DNA of 62,978 bases, filler included, from Octopus bimaculoides (Eukaryota): assembly GCF_001194135.2 (NCBI RefSeq). It is 4 parts of 4 records of this genome, joined end to end, with 100 filler letters (N's around TTAATTAATTAA, not from the genome) between each part and the next. Parts side by side here need not be neighbours in the genome. Positions count along the whole stretch, not along the records: positions 1 to 27,457 come from NC_068984.1; 3 more parts are not named here. One strand, 5' to 3'. The notes under the pieces are model-generated. The model was not told the DNA's origin, did not search any database, and saw only the letters and a program-made list of their open reading frames with translations. Positions 12,305-24,573 of the stretch are shown here, one piece after another; the first letter of the stretch is position 1; the number at the start of each line of letters is the position of its first letter. Both the position numbers and the translations under genes were made by a program.

Positions 12305-12523
12305 GTTTGATATCCATTTAACAACATGTTAACTGAAACAAACTCTAGTGAAACAATCTCCTACAAACTTTATGGTATAGAAAAGAAAACATGACCAAGA
12401 TTTTCAATTTTATTTTAATATTTCACTCTTAATTTTCAAGTATAATTTTCCTTTGTGAGTAATGAAAGAAAAAGTTATTTTAGTATTCTAAAAATGGAAG
12501 TATATTATTATAATCTTTTGTAG

Positions 12524-12652
12524 TATCTTTTCCATCTGAAACTGGTTATTCTAATCATCAAGTCTCCATGCAAGCAAAAAGTATACACATTCAATACCTA
12601 AAGAAAACTCAATGTAAATTCCTCATACTTCTTTATGTTAAATCTGTAACAG
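12524..12652 (+). CDS. CUB-like domain protein, exon D (C-terminal third of CUB-2; phase 1-1)
   Basis: tcttttgtag| acceptor and |gtaagt donor. Encodes (L)SFPSETGYSNHQVSMQAKSIHIQYLKKTQCKFLILLYVKSVT. Confidence 0.75.
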
Positions 12653-13648
12653 GTAAGTTGTGTACCAACATTTATTTTTCATGTTTAACATTGATTTCTG
12701 ACTAGTTTACAAGACCAATTTTTTTTAAAAGGTGGGCATATTTAATTGAATATATATATATATCATCATCATTTAACGTCCATCTTCCATGCTGGCATGA
12801 GTTAGACAGTTTGACAGGAGCCAGCCAGATAGAAGACTACACCAGGCTTCAGTATCTGTTTTGGCATGATCTTTACAGCTAAATGCCCTTTCTAATACCA
12901 ACCACCTCATAGAGTTGACTGAGTATTTTTTACATGGCATAGGTGTATGGTTAAGAAGCTTGCTTGCCAGTTATGTGGTCTTGGAGTGAGTGTGGTGGAT
13001 GGAAACTGAAAGACACCTGTTGTGTGTGTGCATGCATTCATATGTACCCTTGTCCTAACATCACATGATGGTTGTAAATGGGCATCATCACACAAGTGAA
13101 GTTGTTCATTTCTAACCTTCTATAAAAAACATGTCTTGCTATGAGAAAATATTACAATGTGTTGTATCCTCTATTGAACTATTATAACACCCACTCCAGT
13201 ATAGCAGTATAGTTAGTTAGACAAGTAAAAACACAACTATCTATCTTGGACTACTGAACTGACACTCCTCAACTTCCTATATCACAGTATTTGTAATGAT
13301 TATCACATACAACTCATCACATGGGAGGGGTGTTACTATTCTCTCTATAACATCTCCCTTTTAAGTTTTTCTTTTTTAGGGAGTATAATTTTATTTCTTT
13401 TATTAGTAATAATTTTTACATCATCTCACTTCCTTCTTTTTGAGTTTTTGTTTTTTTCATACAGTTACATATTTAATATCTTTTTCGTTCGGCATCCGCT
13501 TTCAGGAACTCCATACGTTTTCTTTTTCTTTTGCTTGTGTATCTGGGTTCAATTATTTGTAGTGGTGTTGGGACTTGAAAAGCATTATATAACCATTCCA
13601 TTGATTTTTCCATTCTCTTAGGTTCTTCCATTCTCAATGAATCTTTAG

Positions 13649-14290
13649 TTAGTTCATGTATCTCTTGTATACCCCTTTTCTTCCTTTTACCATGTATAGC
13701 ATTTTTGCTATGCATTTGGTAATCACACCATGTTTCCAACTTTGTTTTCTGTTCTTATATGCCATAACAAATACACTTTCACCAATTTTGAAATATCTTG
13801 CTGTATTATCCATAGCAACTTTTCTTTTCTTGCCAGGTAGCAATTTGTCGAAGACTGATTTTATTTTCCTCGCAAACATCAGTTCCACTGGTGACATACC
13901 TGCTGGTGTATTTGAATTTGGTGTCATACAGTATACTCTTAAGAATTGTTGTAGAGCTACATAATCCATGACTTCCTTATTCAACTTTCTTAGGGCTCTC
14001 TTAAATGTATCAACATAGTGTTCTGCTTGTCCGTTAGATCTGGAATGGTATGGTGCCATAGTTACATGTTCAACAGCAAACGTTTTACGAAATTTTTTTA
14101 ACTGAAAAGACACAAATTGCATTCCATTATCAGACACTATTGTGTTTGGGACACCAAATCTCGCAAACAGCTCATGTAAAAAGTTTGTCACAGCTGAGGA
14201 GGTTGGCTTTTTGCACTTATGAATGTTTGGCCATTTAGAGAAACTATCTACTATCTACTATCACTAAGTAGTATGAACCATTTGAGAGAC
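13649..14290 (-). pseudogene. Gypsy integrase remnant
   Basis: FGVPNTIVSDNGMQF..MAPYHSRSNGQAEHYVDTFKRAL: the D-35-E core region. Confidence 0.9.
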
Positions 14291-14680
14291 CAGTGAAATC
14301 GATGTGTAGTCTCAACGATAGAACATCTACTTTTGGCCAAGTTTCACTTTTTATTGTTGGTAATTTTGCTGCTAGAGCACACCCTCTGCAGCCTTTTACT
14401 AAATTTTCAATTTCTCTATCCATTTCTGCCAGTATATGTAGTTACGTATTAAAGCTTTCATCCTCAAAATATCTGGATGTCCAACATGAAATTCCCTCAA
14501 CATTTTCTTTTACAATGTTTCAGGTATTACTACTCTGTGCATACATCAGTACGCCATCACAAATTGAGTATAGGTTCATGTCTTGGTTTTGTTTCACACC
14601 AATCTTGTTCCTATTTACTTTTCTTGTCCACTATTCGTTTCTATTATGAATTTGTCTTTTCTACAACTAGTTTTATATCT

Positions 14681-16204
14681 TCAAGGGTCACCATTAATTT
14701 TTGTATCACATTCCACATTACATTTTTTCATTTCTCCTTCTGATCTTAATGGTTCACAGTGTTTCGGTATCAGTCTGGACAAACCATCCACATGCCCTAG
14801 TTTTTTTGACAGTAAATATTCCAATTTGTAATCATAATTCAATAATGTAGGGCTCCATTGCTGTAGTCTATTTGCTGTGTGTGTTGGTATTCCTTTTTTA
14901 GAACTATATATTGACAGTAGTGAGTGATGGTCTGTTTGTAGACAGAAACTTCTTCCATGAATAACTCTACGGAATTTTTTCAGACTGAATATAATTGCTA
15001 ACACTTCCTTTTCTATTTGGCTATGGTTCTTTTCAGCTGGTAGTAATGATTGTGACGCATAAGCTATAGCCATTTTACTCCCATCATCATATTTGTGTAG
15101 GAGCACTTCTCCTTCACTATAATCACTCACATTTGTAGCCAATATAATATCCAACTTTGGATCAAAATGCGTTAATGATAAGTTCAATTTTAAAATGTGT
15201 TTTAATTTGTCAAATGCCTTCTGACACTTATCAGTCCAGCACCATTTTGCATTTTTCTTTAACAGATCATTGAGTGGGGCCCTTACATTGTGTGTATTGG
15301 GGATATAATTTTGATAATAATTCACTAATCCCAAAAATGCTTGTAGCATAGTCACATTACTCGGTGTGGACATATTTTTTATCACAGTTGCTATGGATGG
15401 ATCCAGTTTTCATCTGTTTTTATCTATTATCTGGCCCAAGTATTTAATTTTTTTCAGAAAGGACTCATATTTTTCTTCACTTTACTTAAAACCATGTTCT
15501 CTTATCTTTTCGAATACCCTCTTTACGTGTTCTACATGTAGTTCATGTGATTCACTTTTTATTAGGTTATCATCTAGATAAGTGATAGCAAAATCACTGT
15601 CCACCAGCATTGTACCCATTACTTGTTGAAATATGGAAGGGGCTGCTTTTACACCGAAGAGAAGCCACTTAAATTTAAATAAGCCATGGTATGTATTAAT
15701 GGCTAATAATTGTGAGCATTCTTCTTCTACTTGGATTTGTAAATATGCCTCCCAGAGGTCTAATTTTGAGAAGAAATTCCCTCCATTCAGTTTTGCAAAC
15801 ACTTCCTTAGGACTTGGCAATGGGTAGTTATGTGAGATTAAGCAATCATTCAACCCCGTTGAAAAATCTGCACAAACTCTTAACTTAGTATGTTTCTTAT
15901 TAACATAGACCATAAGTGCTGCCCAATCTGAGTGATCCATCTTCTCCATTATTCCTAGGCTTTCAAGTCTTTCAAGTTCCTTATTTACCTGTTCTAGCGC
16001 CATGATGCGTACATTCTGTTTTGGCTTAAATACAAGTGTTGCACTTCGTTTTATTACAATTTTTGCCTTCATTTTTGTGCAGCAGCCCAGTTCATCTGAG
16101 AAAACAAGTGGAAATAAATGTTTTCTTTTGCGTTTCAATCCCTCAGCCACATTACAACCTTCAACTGAACCGACTATATTCCCAGACAAAACAATTATGG
16201 GCAC
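14681..16204 (-). pseudogene. Gypsy reverse transcriptase and RNase H remnants (frameshifted)
   Basis: RT motifs LRVCADF, FSKLDLWEAYLQI, LLFGVKAAPSIFQ and YLDD. RNase H motifs IAYASQSL..YSQIEKEVLAI and LQTDH. Confidence 0.9.
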
Positions 16205-16338
16205 ATTTCACATTTTGAACAGTTACATCCACTCTGTGCCAAGTAGATTTACTGAATTTTTGAATGCATATATCTTTACCTTTTCCATTTGGTCATGAAA
16301 TGTCACATTACACACAAATTCACCTACAAAATACAACC

Positions 16339-17337
16339 TGTAGGGAAACCACCTCTCTCGGTTATATATTTACAAATGCGAACGTAGCGAGTAACATCTA
16401 GCCTTCAGCCCGCCTTGGACCCTGCTGTGTCCATCACTCTGATCGGTTCTTATTTGCGTGGCATTTGTCACTGGTTCTGTTTCGCACCAGGGTGCATACC
16501 AACCAATTGTGGCCTTCTGATAAGGTCACGTGAGAGAGTGTTTTTCAGAGGCTTCTGGAGCCCCTTTTTCTCTATAAATAGCCTGCTTTATCCACGCCAG
16601 TTTGTCTCGGCTTCAGATTTCTCTGAGGTCTGGTCGTTGACCACACAGAACACCAACCAGCCAGTTTCCAGTGACGACATCAACACCACCGTTCAAATGT
16701 TTACTACAGTCTCGTCACCAGTGGCAACATGATGCCACTACATACACGCTACCAACAGCAACCGCAGCTTCTCCTGACGCTGTTAGTGTGAATTGTTTCC
16801 ACCGCGAAGTAACAGCCAGATCAACCTATGAGAATCTCCTGTATTCAAGTAACCGGCTCGGCATAGAAGCCTCATCTTCACATCACGTGACTTAGCTCTG
16901 CTTTGAAGCCACAACCTCTTATATACAGACTTTCTATTTACTGTGTACCTGAACTATGAACTGGTGTTTTCTTATCTTTGTGTTCAGGATGTTTATCGTC
17001 CATGTTACAGACTCTTTTCCATGCTCTGTATTTCTCATTCACTCACACACACATATTTATGTATACACACTCTTGTTCACACGACGGCCTGTCATATATA
17101 TTGTGTTATTATGTCGCACTCACTCACACTTACACAGACATTTTAGTTTATACCAATAGACCTTATTCTCTATATATCTTTAATGGTTGTCTCTCTCTTT
17201 CCTTGCTGGCATTTCCTTGCATTTCACATGTGAGCTCTCTTATGTTATGTTATATATTTTGTGTCGATTGTGCGACGCGTTAAAAGGAGCCTGTTCCATT
17301 TGTCACCATCTCCTTGGTTCGCACAGTCATTTCTACA
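16339..17337 (-). mobile_element. Solo LTR (~1 kb) of an unrelated element nested in the Gypsy protease
   Basis: TG...CA ends and a 4-bp TSD (AACC 16335-16338 / AATC 17338-17341). Removing it rejoins the protease as GKR-LYFVGEFVCNV. A TATATAAG box lies on the minus strand near 16920. Confidence 0.8.
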
Positions 17338-18154
17338 AATCTTTTACCCATGACACTGTGGGCTACTTTAGTAGATTTACTTAATTTCAGCTTACTGATA
17401 TACTTCCAAGTTTCTTCATTCATAATGGTAATATCACTCCTAGTATCTAACAGCCTTTTTACTCTTATATCTTTAATTTTCACATTTACAAATTTCCTCT
17501 TTGTCACATTACCGTTTTCTTTCAACAACATCTTGTTTATTCTTTTTTCTCTGTTCCAACGTTTTGTCATCTTGGTTTTATAGTGTGCTTTTACATGTCC
17601 AATTTTTCCACAAAGAAAGCATTCTGCTTTCTTAAAATTTTACATAATATGTCTATTGTATTTTTAAAGTTTATATCAGAAAGTTTTTTCAAAAGTACAT
17701 AATCGTTGTAACATTCATGTTCTCCTGCTGCCAGTTTTTTTAAGATTAGATGTGTTTTCATATTGTTGTCTCAATCTTTGCACTCTTTTTTGAAGATCTG
17801 TTCATATCTTCTATAGTACACCTTGAAGATAACTCCCTCATCTGGTTCATACTCAAATTCCATCATTGAGTTAGTAACATAATCTGGCGAGAACATCTTT
17901 ACAGCATTCTTTTAATGAAATGTTAACTCAATAATGGAATTTAAGTATGAACCAGATGAAGGTTTGCTCAAGTTGCAAAAACAGCAACAACAACAACTGA
18001 AAGAAGAACAACAACAATTACTATTACAGCAATAAATGCTACAATTCATTAATTGCAGCATTTGTTGCAGTAATAGTAATTGTTGTTGTTCTTCTTTCAG
18101 TTGTTGTTGTTGCTGTTTTTGCAACTTGAGCAAACCAGCCAACAAATCTTCCAT
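17338..18154 (-). pseudogene. Gypsy gag (polyQ N-terminus) and aspartic protease remnants
   Basis: MEDLLAGLLKLQKQQQQ..; FEYEPDEGVIFKVYYRRYEQIF; protease LLDTRSDIT (a decayed DTG motif). Confidence 0.85.
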
Positions 18155-18805
18155 AATTTTGCGATTTTGTATACTTAAAATTTACACAAAAAAACTTTTG
18201 TGAGTTTTGTAACTCTATGTGAGTTTGTTTAATCCTGGTGAGTTTGTTAATTCCTTATGAGTTTGTTAATTCCTTATGAGTTTGTTAATTCCTTGTCGCC
18301 ACTGTTGTAATCCTCAGTTGGACTGTTATTTCACCCACTCTGAAATAGCAGTATAGTTAGACAAGTAAAACACAACTATCTATATTGACTTCCCGACTAT
18401 ATTGACTCCTCGACTTCCAACATCACAGTATTTATAATGACTAGCACATAGAAATAAGTATGAGATATGCTAGAAATAAGTATGCGATATTGTAATTTTA
18501 TTCATGATAGTTTCTGTTACATCTCAGGAGGATCATTATGCTAATAATAAATACATGCATTGGCTCTATTTCATTTCTTTTATTTTTACCAGTCAACTAG
18601 TTGACCATTTATTCAGTTAGCTAATAGATTGTTTGATTAATCATTGTTGATAAACCTAGGTTCTTCAGAGGACTTTCACCACCATTCAAACCTCATCAAT
18701 GACATGCCCGCTCAACTCCAAGTCTGCTTCAGGTCTCTCTGTTTCCTAATTTACAGATTCTAATGTTATGTTTATAGAAATGTGAGTGAGAATATGTGTG
18801 AGGTA

Positions 18806-18851
<46 letters not shown>

Positions 18852-18868
18852 GCATGCATGTGTACGTA

Positions 18869-18900
<32 letters not shown>

Positions 18901-19079
18901 TGTGTGAATCTATGTGGCATGGTTTGGATTCTGTAAGAGTGCTTATGCATATGTGTGTGGGCATGTGTCTCTATATGTGTACGGTGTAAATTCTGTGAAA
19001 TGTATGAGTGGTTAGGAGCCATAAAAACTGAAGATTCACAGAAAATTGATTTTCTCAAATAATATGGAGGTTCCCTTGA

Positions 19080-19600
19080 GATAGTAGATAATTTCTACTA
19101 CCTAGGTGGCTTAATCAGCAGTAGAGACGAACGTTCTGAAAGTGAAATTGTTAGACTAAGAATAAGATGGAGAAAATTCAGAGAGTTTTTACCTCTGTTG
19201 GCAATAAAAAGTCTTTCTCTCTAAGTAAAAGGAAGTTTATATGATACTTGCGTACAAACAGTAATGCAATATCGTAGTGTGATATTAAGCTCTGAATGCA
19301 AAAGACATGTGAAGACTAGAGAGAAATGGAGCTAGTGTGTTCCATTGGATGTGAATGTCAGTTCTACATATATGACAGAGTATTAATGTACTAAGAGAAA
19401 AATTAAGCATAAGGGGTATCAGATGTAGTGTGGAAGTGCTTCTGCACTGGTTTGGCCATATGATGCATATGGATGAAGATAGTTGCATAAAGAAGTGTTG
19501 ATTGTTTAAAGCAGGTGGAGCTTGTGGAAAAAGGAAACCCAGGAAGACCTGGACAGAGTTTTGAAGACTGATCTAAAGATGCTGAGCCTTAGAGATGATT
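19080..19600 (+). mobile_element. RTE-like LINE 3' remnant
   Basis: Colinear with 26780-27300 (YLGGLIS.., RIRWRKFREFLPLL.., GRGRPRKT-equivalent region); CpG-decayed. Confidence 0.65.
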
Positions 19601-21798
19601 GATGATTTTCTGTGCCTGAGAAGACCCATCCATCACAGCAGAAATGATATCCTAAAACCACCTTCATTGTGTTTGTATGTTCAAGGCCCTACCCCTGCTC
19701 CACACTTGCTACCCAATCAAGCATTTGCTCTACATCACATCACACTTTTATCTTTGCTACAATTCAGCTGCTGTCATCACCTGAGAGCAAGATAATCACA
19801 TGTTACATCCCCTCCCTCTCAGTTACCTTCCTCCTTTTTCCCCCTGAAACCACTTCCATTTCTCATTGTCATCCCTTCCCACACTATTTCCACCTGTCAT
19901 TTCTTTTCTGTGCCTTCAGCCATTGCTCTTTCTCTCTCCTCCTCCCTGTCCCCCTCTTTCTTTCTTTCTCTGACATACTCCAGTCTTATCTCTATCATTC
20001 TCAATTACTGCCCATATCTACCATCAAACTTTACCATAATCAAATTCCTGAGACACTCCAATATCTCTCACCATCACTTGCTACATTCTCCTCTATAATC
20101 CCCCCCCCCATCTCTAACCATCTCTCCTTTCACTGTTATGAAACTTACCTCCTATCCCCCCACCACTACTGTATTCTTTCCAACTTTCCAGCTACTCCCA
20201 TTCATCCTTATATACTGCAAAGTAGTCTTGTATCACAATTGCAAGACTCCTGGGCTTCTGTTTCCATTACACTCTAGCCTCCCAACATTTAGCATAAAAC
20301 TGTTGCTCCACGTCTCCCTCTCAAATACTACCCATCCCCATTTAGTCAAAGAGGGTTTTCTCTATTCTTTTTTCCTTTTGCCCCTTTTTCCTTCTTCTGG
20401 CAATATGAAAAAACACCCAGTATGCTTTGTAGAGTGGTTGACATTAGGAAGGGTATCCAACTGTAGAACTAACATCAGAGCTCAACACAATCCTACAGCT
20501 TGCTGGATCCTGTCAAATCATATAGCCTATTCCAGCATGAAAAATGGACTTTAAATGTTAATGATGATGATATTTATTTTATAGTTAGTGTCTTTGCCTT
20601 TGCACGTGTTGGGAGGGGGTGTTGCATGCATGTCATGTGTGTATAGACATTCAAATCCAGCTGTTTTACTTTTTGTGATGGTACAGATAAAATCACAACT
20701 CAATGATTCTCTTCATCTTTCATTTTAATAACTCAAAGCAATAAAGAATGAGTATTTCCTCACTGAGCATCCTGGGAACAAAATTTGTATAGATTCAGGT
20801 CTTCATGAATAATTCTGTCTACAGTTGCTACAACAACTCCAAACTGTATACTTATTGTCTTTATTGACACACAATGGTCTTCATCTAGAGAATTGTGAAT
20901 TTTCTCACTCAGCTCTGATATTCTAACATCCCTCTCCTTCCCACATCTTTCATCCTCTCTTACCTCCTGTATACCATCCTGGAACTTCTTGTGCCAGCAA
21001 AAAATAGATGCTCAGCTCATATAAATTAATCCATAAACAGTCTGGAGCATTTCATAAGTTTCTGTTGTATTTTTGTCCAGTTGATCACAAAACTTTATAG
21101 TGAGCTTCCAGATTGTCTTCATGGCCCATCTGCATTTTGGAAAATTGTCAGCTGTGACAAGAAATGTTTATTAGGGTATGTTACAGCCACCTTCTTCAAT
21201 CTGGATTTAAAAAGTTGGCAACTCAGTTTATTAGATATTATATACTAAATTTATTATTACACACTAAAATTACAATATATACTAACATTACAGTTATATA
21301 GTAAAATTACATTAATGTAGAGCAGTTATAACTGCTTCTCTTAAAAAAGTCTCAAAACTTCTGAAATTTACCTTGTACACTCTCCCATCCCAATAGATAT
21401 AAATATAGAATCTGTAAGTTAGGAGACTCGATGAAGATGTGGAGTAAACATGGCATGTCATTGATGAGGTTTGAATGGTAGTGTAATAAAAGTACTCAAA
21501 GGGACTTTGTTTGATTGACCAAATGATTAATCAAACAATTGATTAGTTAACTGGTTAAGTAGTTGAGTAATAATAATAAAAGAATTGAAAAAGACAGTGC
21601 ATGTGTTTCTCACTGGCATAATGACCTTCTCAAAATACAAAAATGAAATATTCCTGATAGATTTAGCTTCTTATTTTATGGAGATATGGATCTTCTTTCT
21701 GTTTAATAGTTTACAAAACCTGAAACTAAATTCTGCTTTTATGAAGGCAACAAGACTTGGTGAATCATTTATCTTTTATCTGCCAAAATATTTTACAG

Positions 21799-21892
21799 TT
21801 CCTTCCTGCTTCCTCAGCCCCACTATTGATGTCGTCAGTGGACCAAAAAGATTCCTGAATGTTCCACAAACTGCACTATTTGACCCTGATGT
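21799..21892 (+). CDS. CUB-like domain protein, exon E (N-terminus of CUB-3; phase 1-2)
   Basis: ttttacag| acceptor and |gtatgt donor. Encodes (V)PSCFLSPTIDVVSGPKRFLNVPQTALFDPD(V); same phase and size class as exon B. Confidence 0.75.
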
Positions 21893-23064
21893 GTATGTAT
21901 TATCCTACTTATTAGTATTTGTTCAAGGATCATTAATTAATACATATCTCTTTCATTAAAATTTCAGTCTCTAGACAAAAAAGATCATGCTGCATCCAGT
22001 ATGTTAGTGATTGGATAATAATCTCACTATTTATATTCTGTTCCATGGCTTCAATATTTATTCCCTCTAATTCGTAACAAGCATAATAGTCTAACCTCCC
22101 TCAGTTATCATTATTGACAGCCAAGAAAGTTGTGAAAAAGCCATGAGCAGTGTAACTCATTGCACACAACAAGCTTATAGCTTTCTATGCTCACTTCTAT
22201 GGCACATTGATACCATCACCTTCACCATCAAGTGAAGGTGACTGGTGATGATATCATGAGACCATCCCTAGTGGATTGGTATGGACCCTCACAGATGGGC
22301 TCATTCAATAGCTTCTCATTGAACTGAACAGATCAGCTAAAATGCAAAGAGTCTGAAGTCAAATTTCTCCTACTTGTAGCATGAAAACCATTTCTGTGTA
22401 CTTGTTTCAGTAATAGTGCCTTCTCCATACACAGCACAAATGTCTCAAATGATTTTGGTGACTTTGGGACCTTGACTGAAAGCAAAGAGAAGTAGCTGTC
22501 AAAAAGCTCATTTTCACTGACTTTGCACTTTTATGTTTGAAAAAGGGTAAAATTTATTCAAATTTCAAAACAATAAACAAAAGCTGTTGAGAAAGAACAG
22601 AGCAACAAAAGGTCATAAAATGCTATGATAAATATATTTTTCATGTTAATTTGATAATATAGGAAAGAAATAAATGAATTTAGTTGATGACCCCCAAAAA
22701 ATTTCAAAGCATTTTTATGAAGGAGATGCAAGAAATTCTTCTTCTCCAACATCATGAAAACATGCTGCTGCTACTATAACATTCATCGCCATTAACCCTT
22801 TCTATATTACATATTCTAACTGCCTAAAGTCTACATCCAAACAGTGAATTGACCTTCCTCAAGTGGAGCTGATTTGTTCTAATTAACAAGAACAATCACT
22901 AATTTTACTATCATTAGTCATCACCACTACTAAGGACACCATTCACTACTGCCTCCCCAACATTTTAAAAACCCACCAACATAAGCCATTAATTGATTAA
23001 TTATAATATAACTTATATAATAGCTTCAAATTCTCAACATTTTTTCTTTTTGTTTGTTTAACAG

Positions 23065-23174
23065 GAAAGAATGTAAATGGACATTCAGAATTAAACCAAA
23101 CCATATTTTACTGCTTGAGATTACAACAAACACAAGTGCAATGTCAGCTTACTCCTCTTTCTCATACTATGATG
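23065..23174 (+). CDS. CUB-like domain protein, exon F (middle of CUB-3; phase 2-1)
   Basis: Long pyrimidine tract plus aacag| acceptor and |gtaagg donor. Encodes KECKWTFRIKPNHILLLEITTNTSAMSAYSSFSYYD, with CUB-type CxWxF and YYD(G). Confidence 0.85.
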
Positions 23175-23939
23175 GTAAGGGAATTCCCAGCAACAAGAGT
23201 CTGGATTAATTTTTATTTTCTTAATATAGCTTGATAATAATGGTTCCTTACATTGGGTCAAGATTACAAATTTGTTGGGTTGAAATTGATTGGATTAACA
23301 CTAAAATGTGTCTGGGATTTCGTTTATCAATACTATGAAAGGTAAAGTGGATGAATGGCAAAGTGAATCTTGGGATGTAAACTTGGAGGATGAAACTAAA
23401 TACCATGAAGTACGTTAACTCTAGCATTCCCCAGTTTCTGCCATACACATCACATAAAATGTTTAGCTACATTTCTTCCAGCTCTTTACAGTCTGAGTTC
23501 TAATACTGCTGGGGTCAACTTAGCCTTTCACCCTTTCAGGTCAGTAACATACTAGTTAAGTACTAGGGATCAATACAATCAACTAACACCCTCCCCCTAA
23601 AATTGCTAGGCTTGTGCCAAAATTTGAAACCATCCTTATTGTTTTTATTATTGCTTACTTAGCATTTTGTTGATATTTTGCCAGCATTGGATTACTACAT
23701 GTCCAGTTGCATTATACAACCTTAGATATCAAACATCTTTCTTATCATCCTTGTTGTGTCAAACAAACAGGCTTTTTAAAGAGAGAGGAAATTCATTTTG
23801 ATGTCCAACATCTTCAACTAACCACTCAAACTTCTTGCAACTTGTTCTTAAGGCTCCTATTCTTTGAAGTTTGTATTTTAGGCTCTGGTATTTTTTCTAA
23901 TTTCTCATATTCTTTTTCTCATTATCTTACATTATATGA

Positions 23940-24573
23940 GCAAGTAATGTCAGTTAAGCATCACAGTCTATTATCGGGGATGGAGCAGCATTTCCCATTC
24001 AAACTGCTCCAGCCTCTGGAATGTCCTTCTTGCTGTATGTGGCTGAGCAATATCCTGATAGAAGAAAACCTTTCATTTTGAAATCAAAGATGATCATTCT
24101 TCTTCTAGCGCTGGTATCAATGAATGGTTGAATCACCAAACCCAAGCTTCTCTGCTAGTTCCTTAACAGTTACAATGGGATTTTGTTCCACCAAGGTTTG
24201 CAGGATGTCTTTGTCAAGCTTTACAGATCTTCCAGGATGAAGCTCGTCTTCTAGGCTGCAGTTTCCAGCTTGGAATTTCTGAAACCATCATTGACACTGA
24301 CTTATGCTTACTGTCCGATTCCCATATACTGCACTTTCTGTTGCATTGTTGCCTTCATTGAACTCATAAAGCAAATACGCTGAATATGTTCCTTTGACAC
24401 TTCCATTATAACTTTCAAAAAATTACTGTTAAAATCGAACTGCACTCTTCAAAACTTGTACTAAGAATAAGTACAAATTAAATTACAACCTGCTTTTAAA
24501 GCAAGTTGTTGCAGGTAGTGTATTCTGTCCCTCTCTGTCTTTTAGTTCATGCATTATTTATGGGATGACCCAA
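23940..24573 (-). mobile_element. Internally deleted mariner, 5' part
   Basis: TIR TTGGGTCATCCCATAAATAATGC at 24573-24551. The body aligns to 46557-46860. Confidence 0.75.

Larger units (their letters stand above)
13160..18449 (-). mobile_element. Decayed Gypsy (Mag-clade-like) LTR retrotransposon
   Basis: Domain order is gag-PR-RT-RH-IN on the minus strand. Short diverged LTRs at 13160-13352 and 18303-~18449; PPT AAAAGGGAGA (plus 13353-13362); PBS GTGGCGACAAGG (18302-18291). Confidence 0.9.

Noticed and set aside
18219-18292. CRISPR-like array (also 36283-36433)
   Set aside because: These are tandem units without unique spacers, in a eukaryotic context with no cas genes.
21081-21175. Candidate exon LITKLYSELPDCLHGPSAFWKIVSCDKKCLLG
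   Set aside because: Splice sites are plausible, but phase 0-2 has no compatible partner, and D-E join directly in frame.
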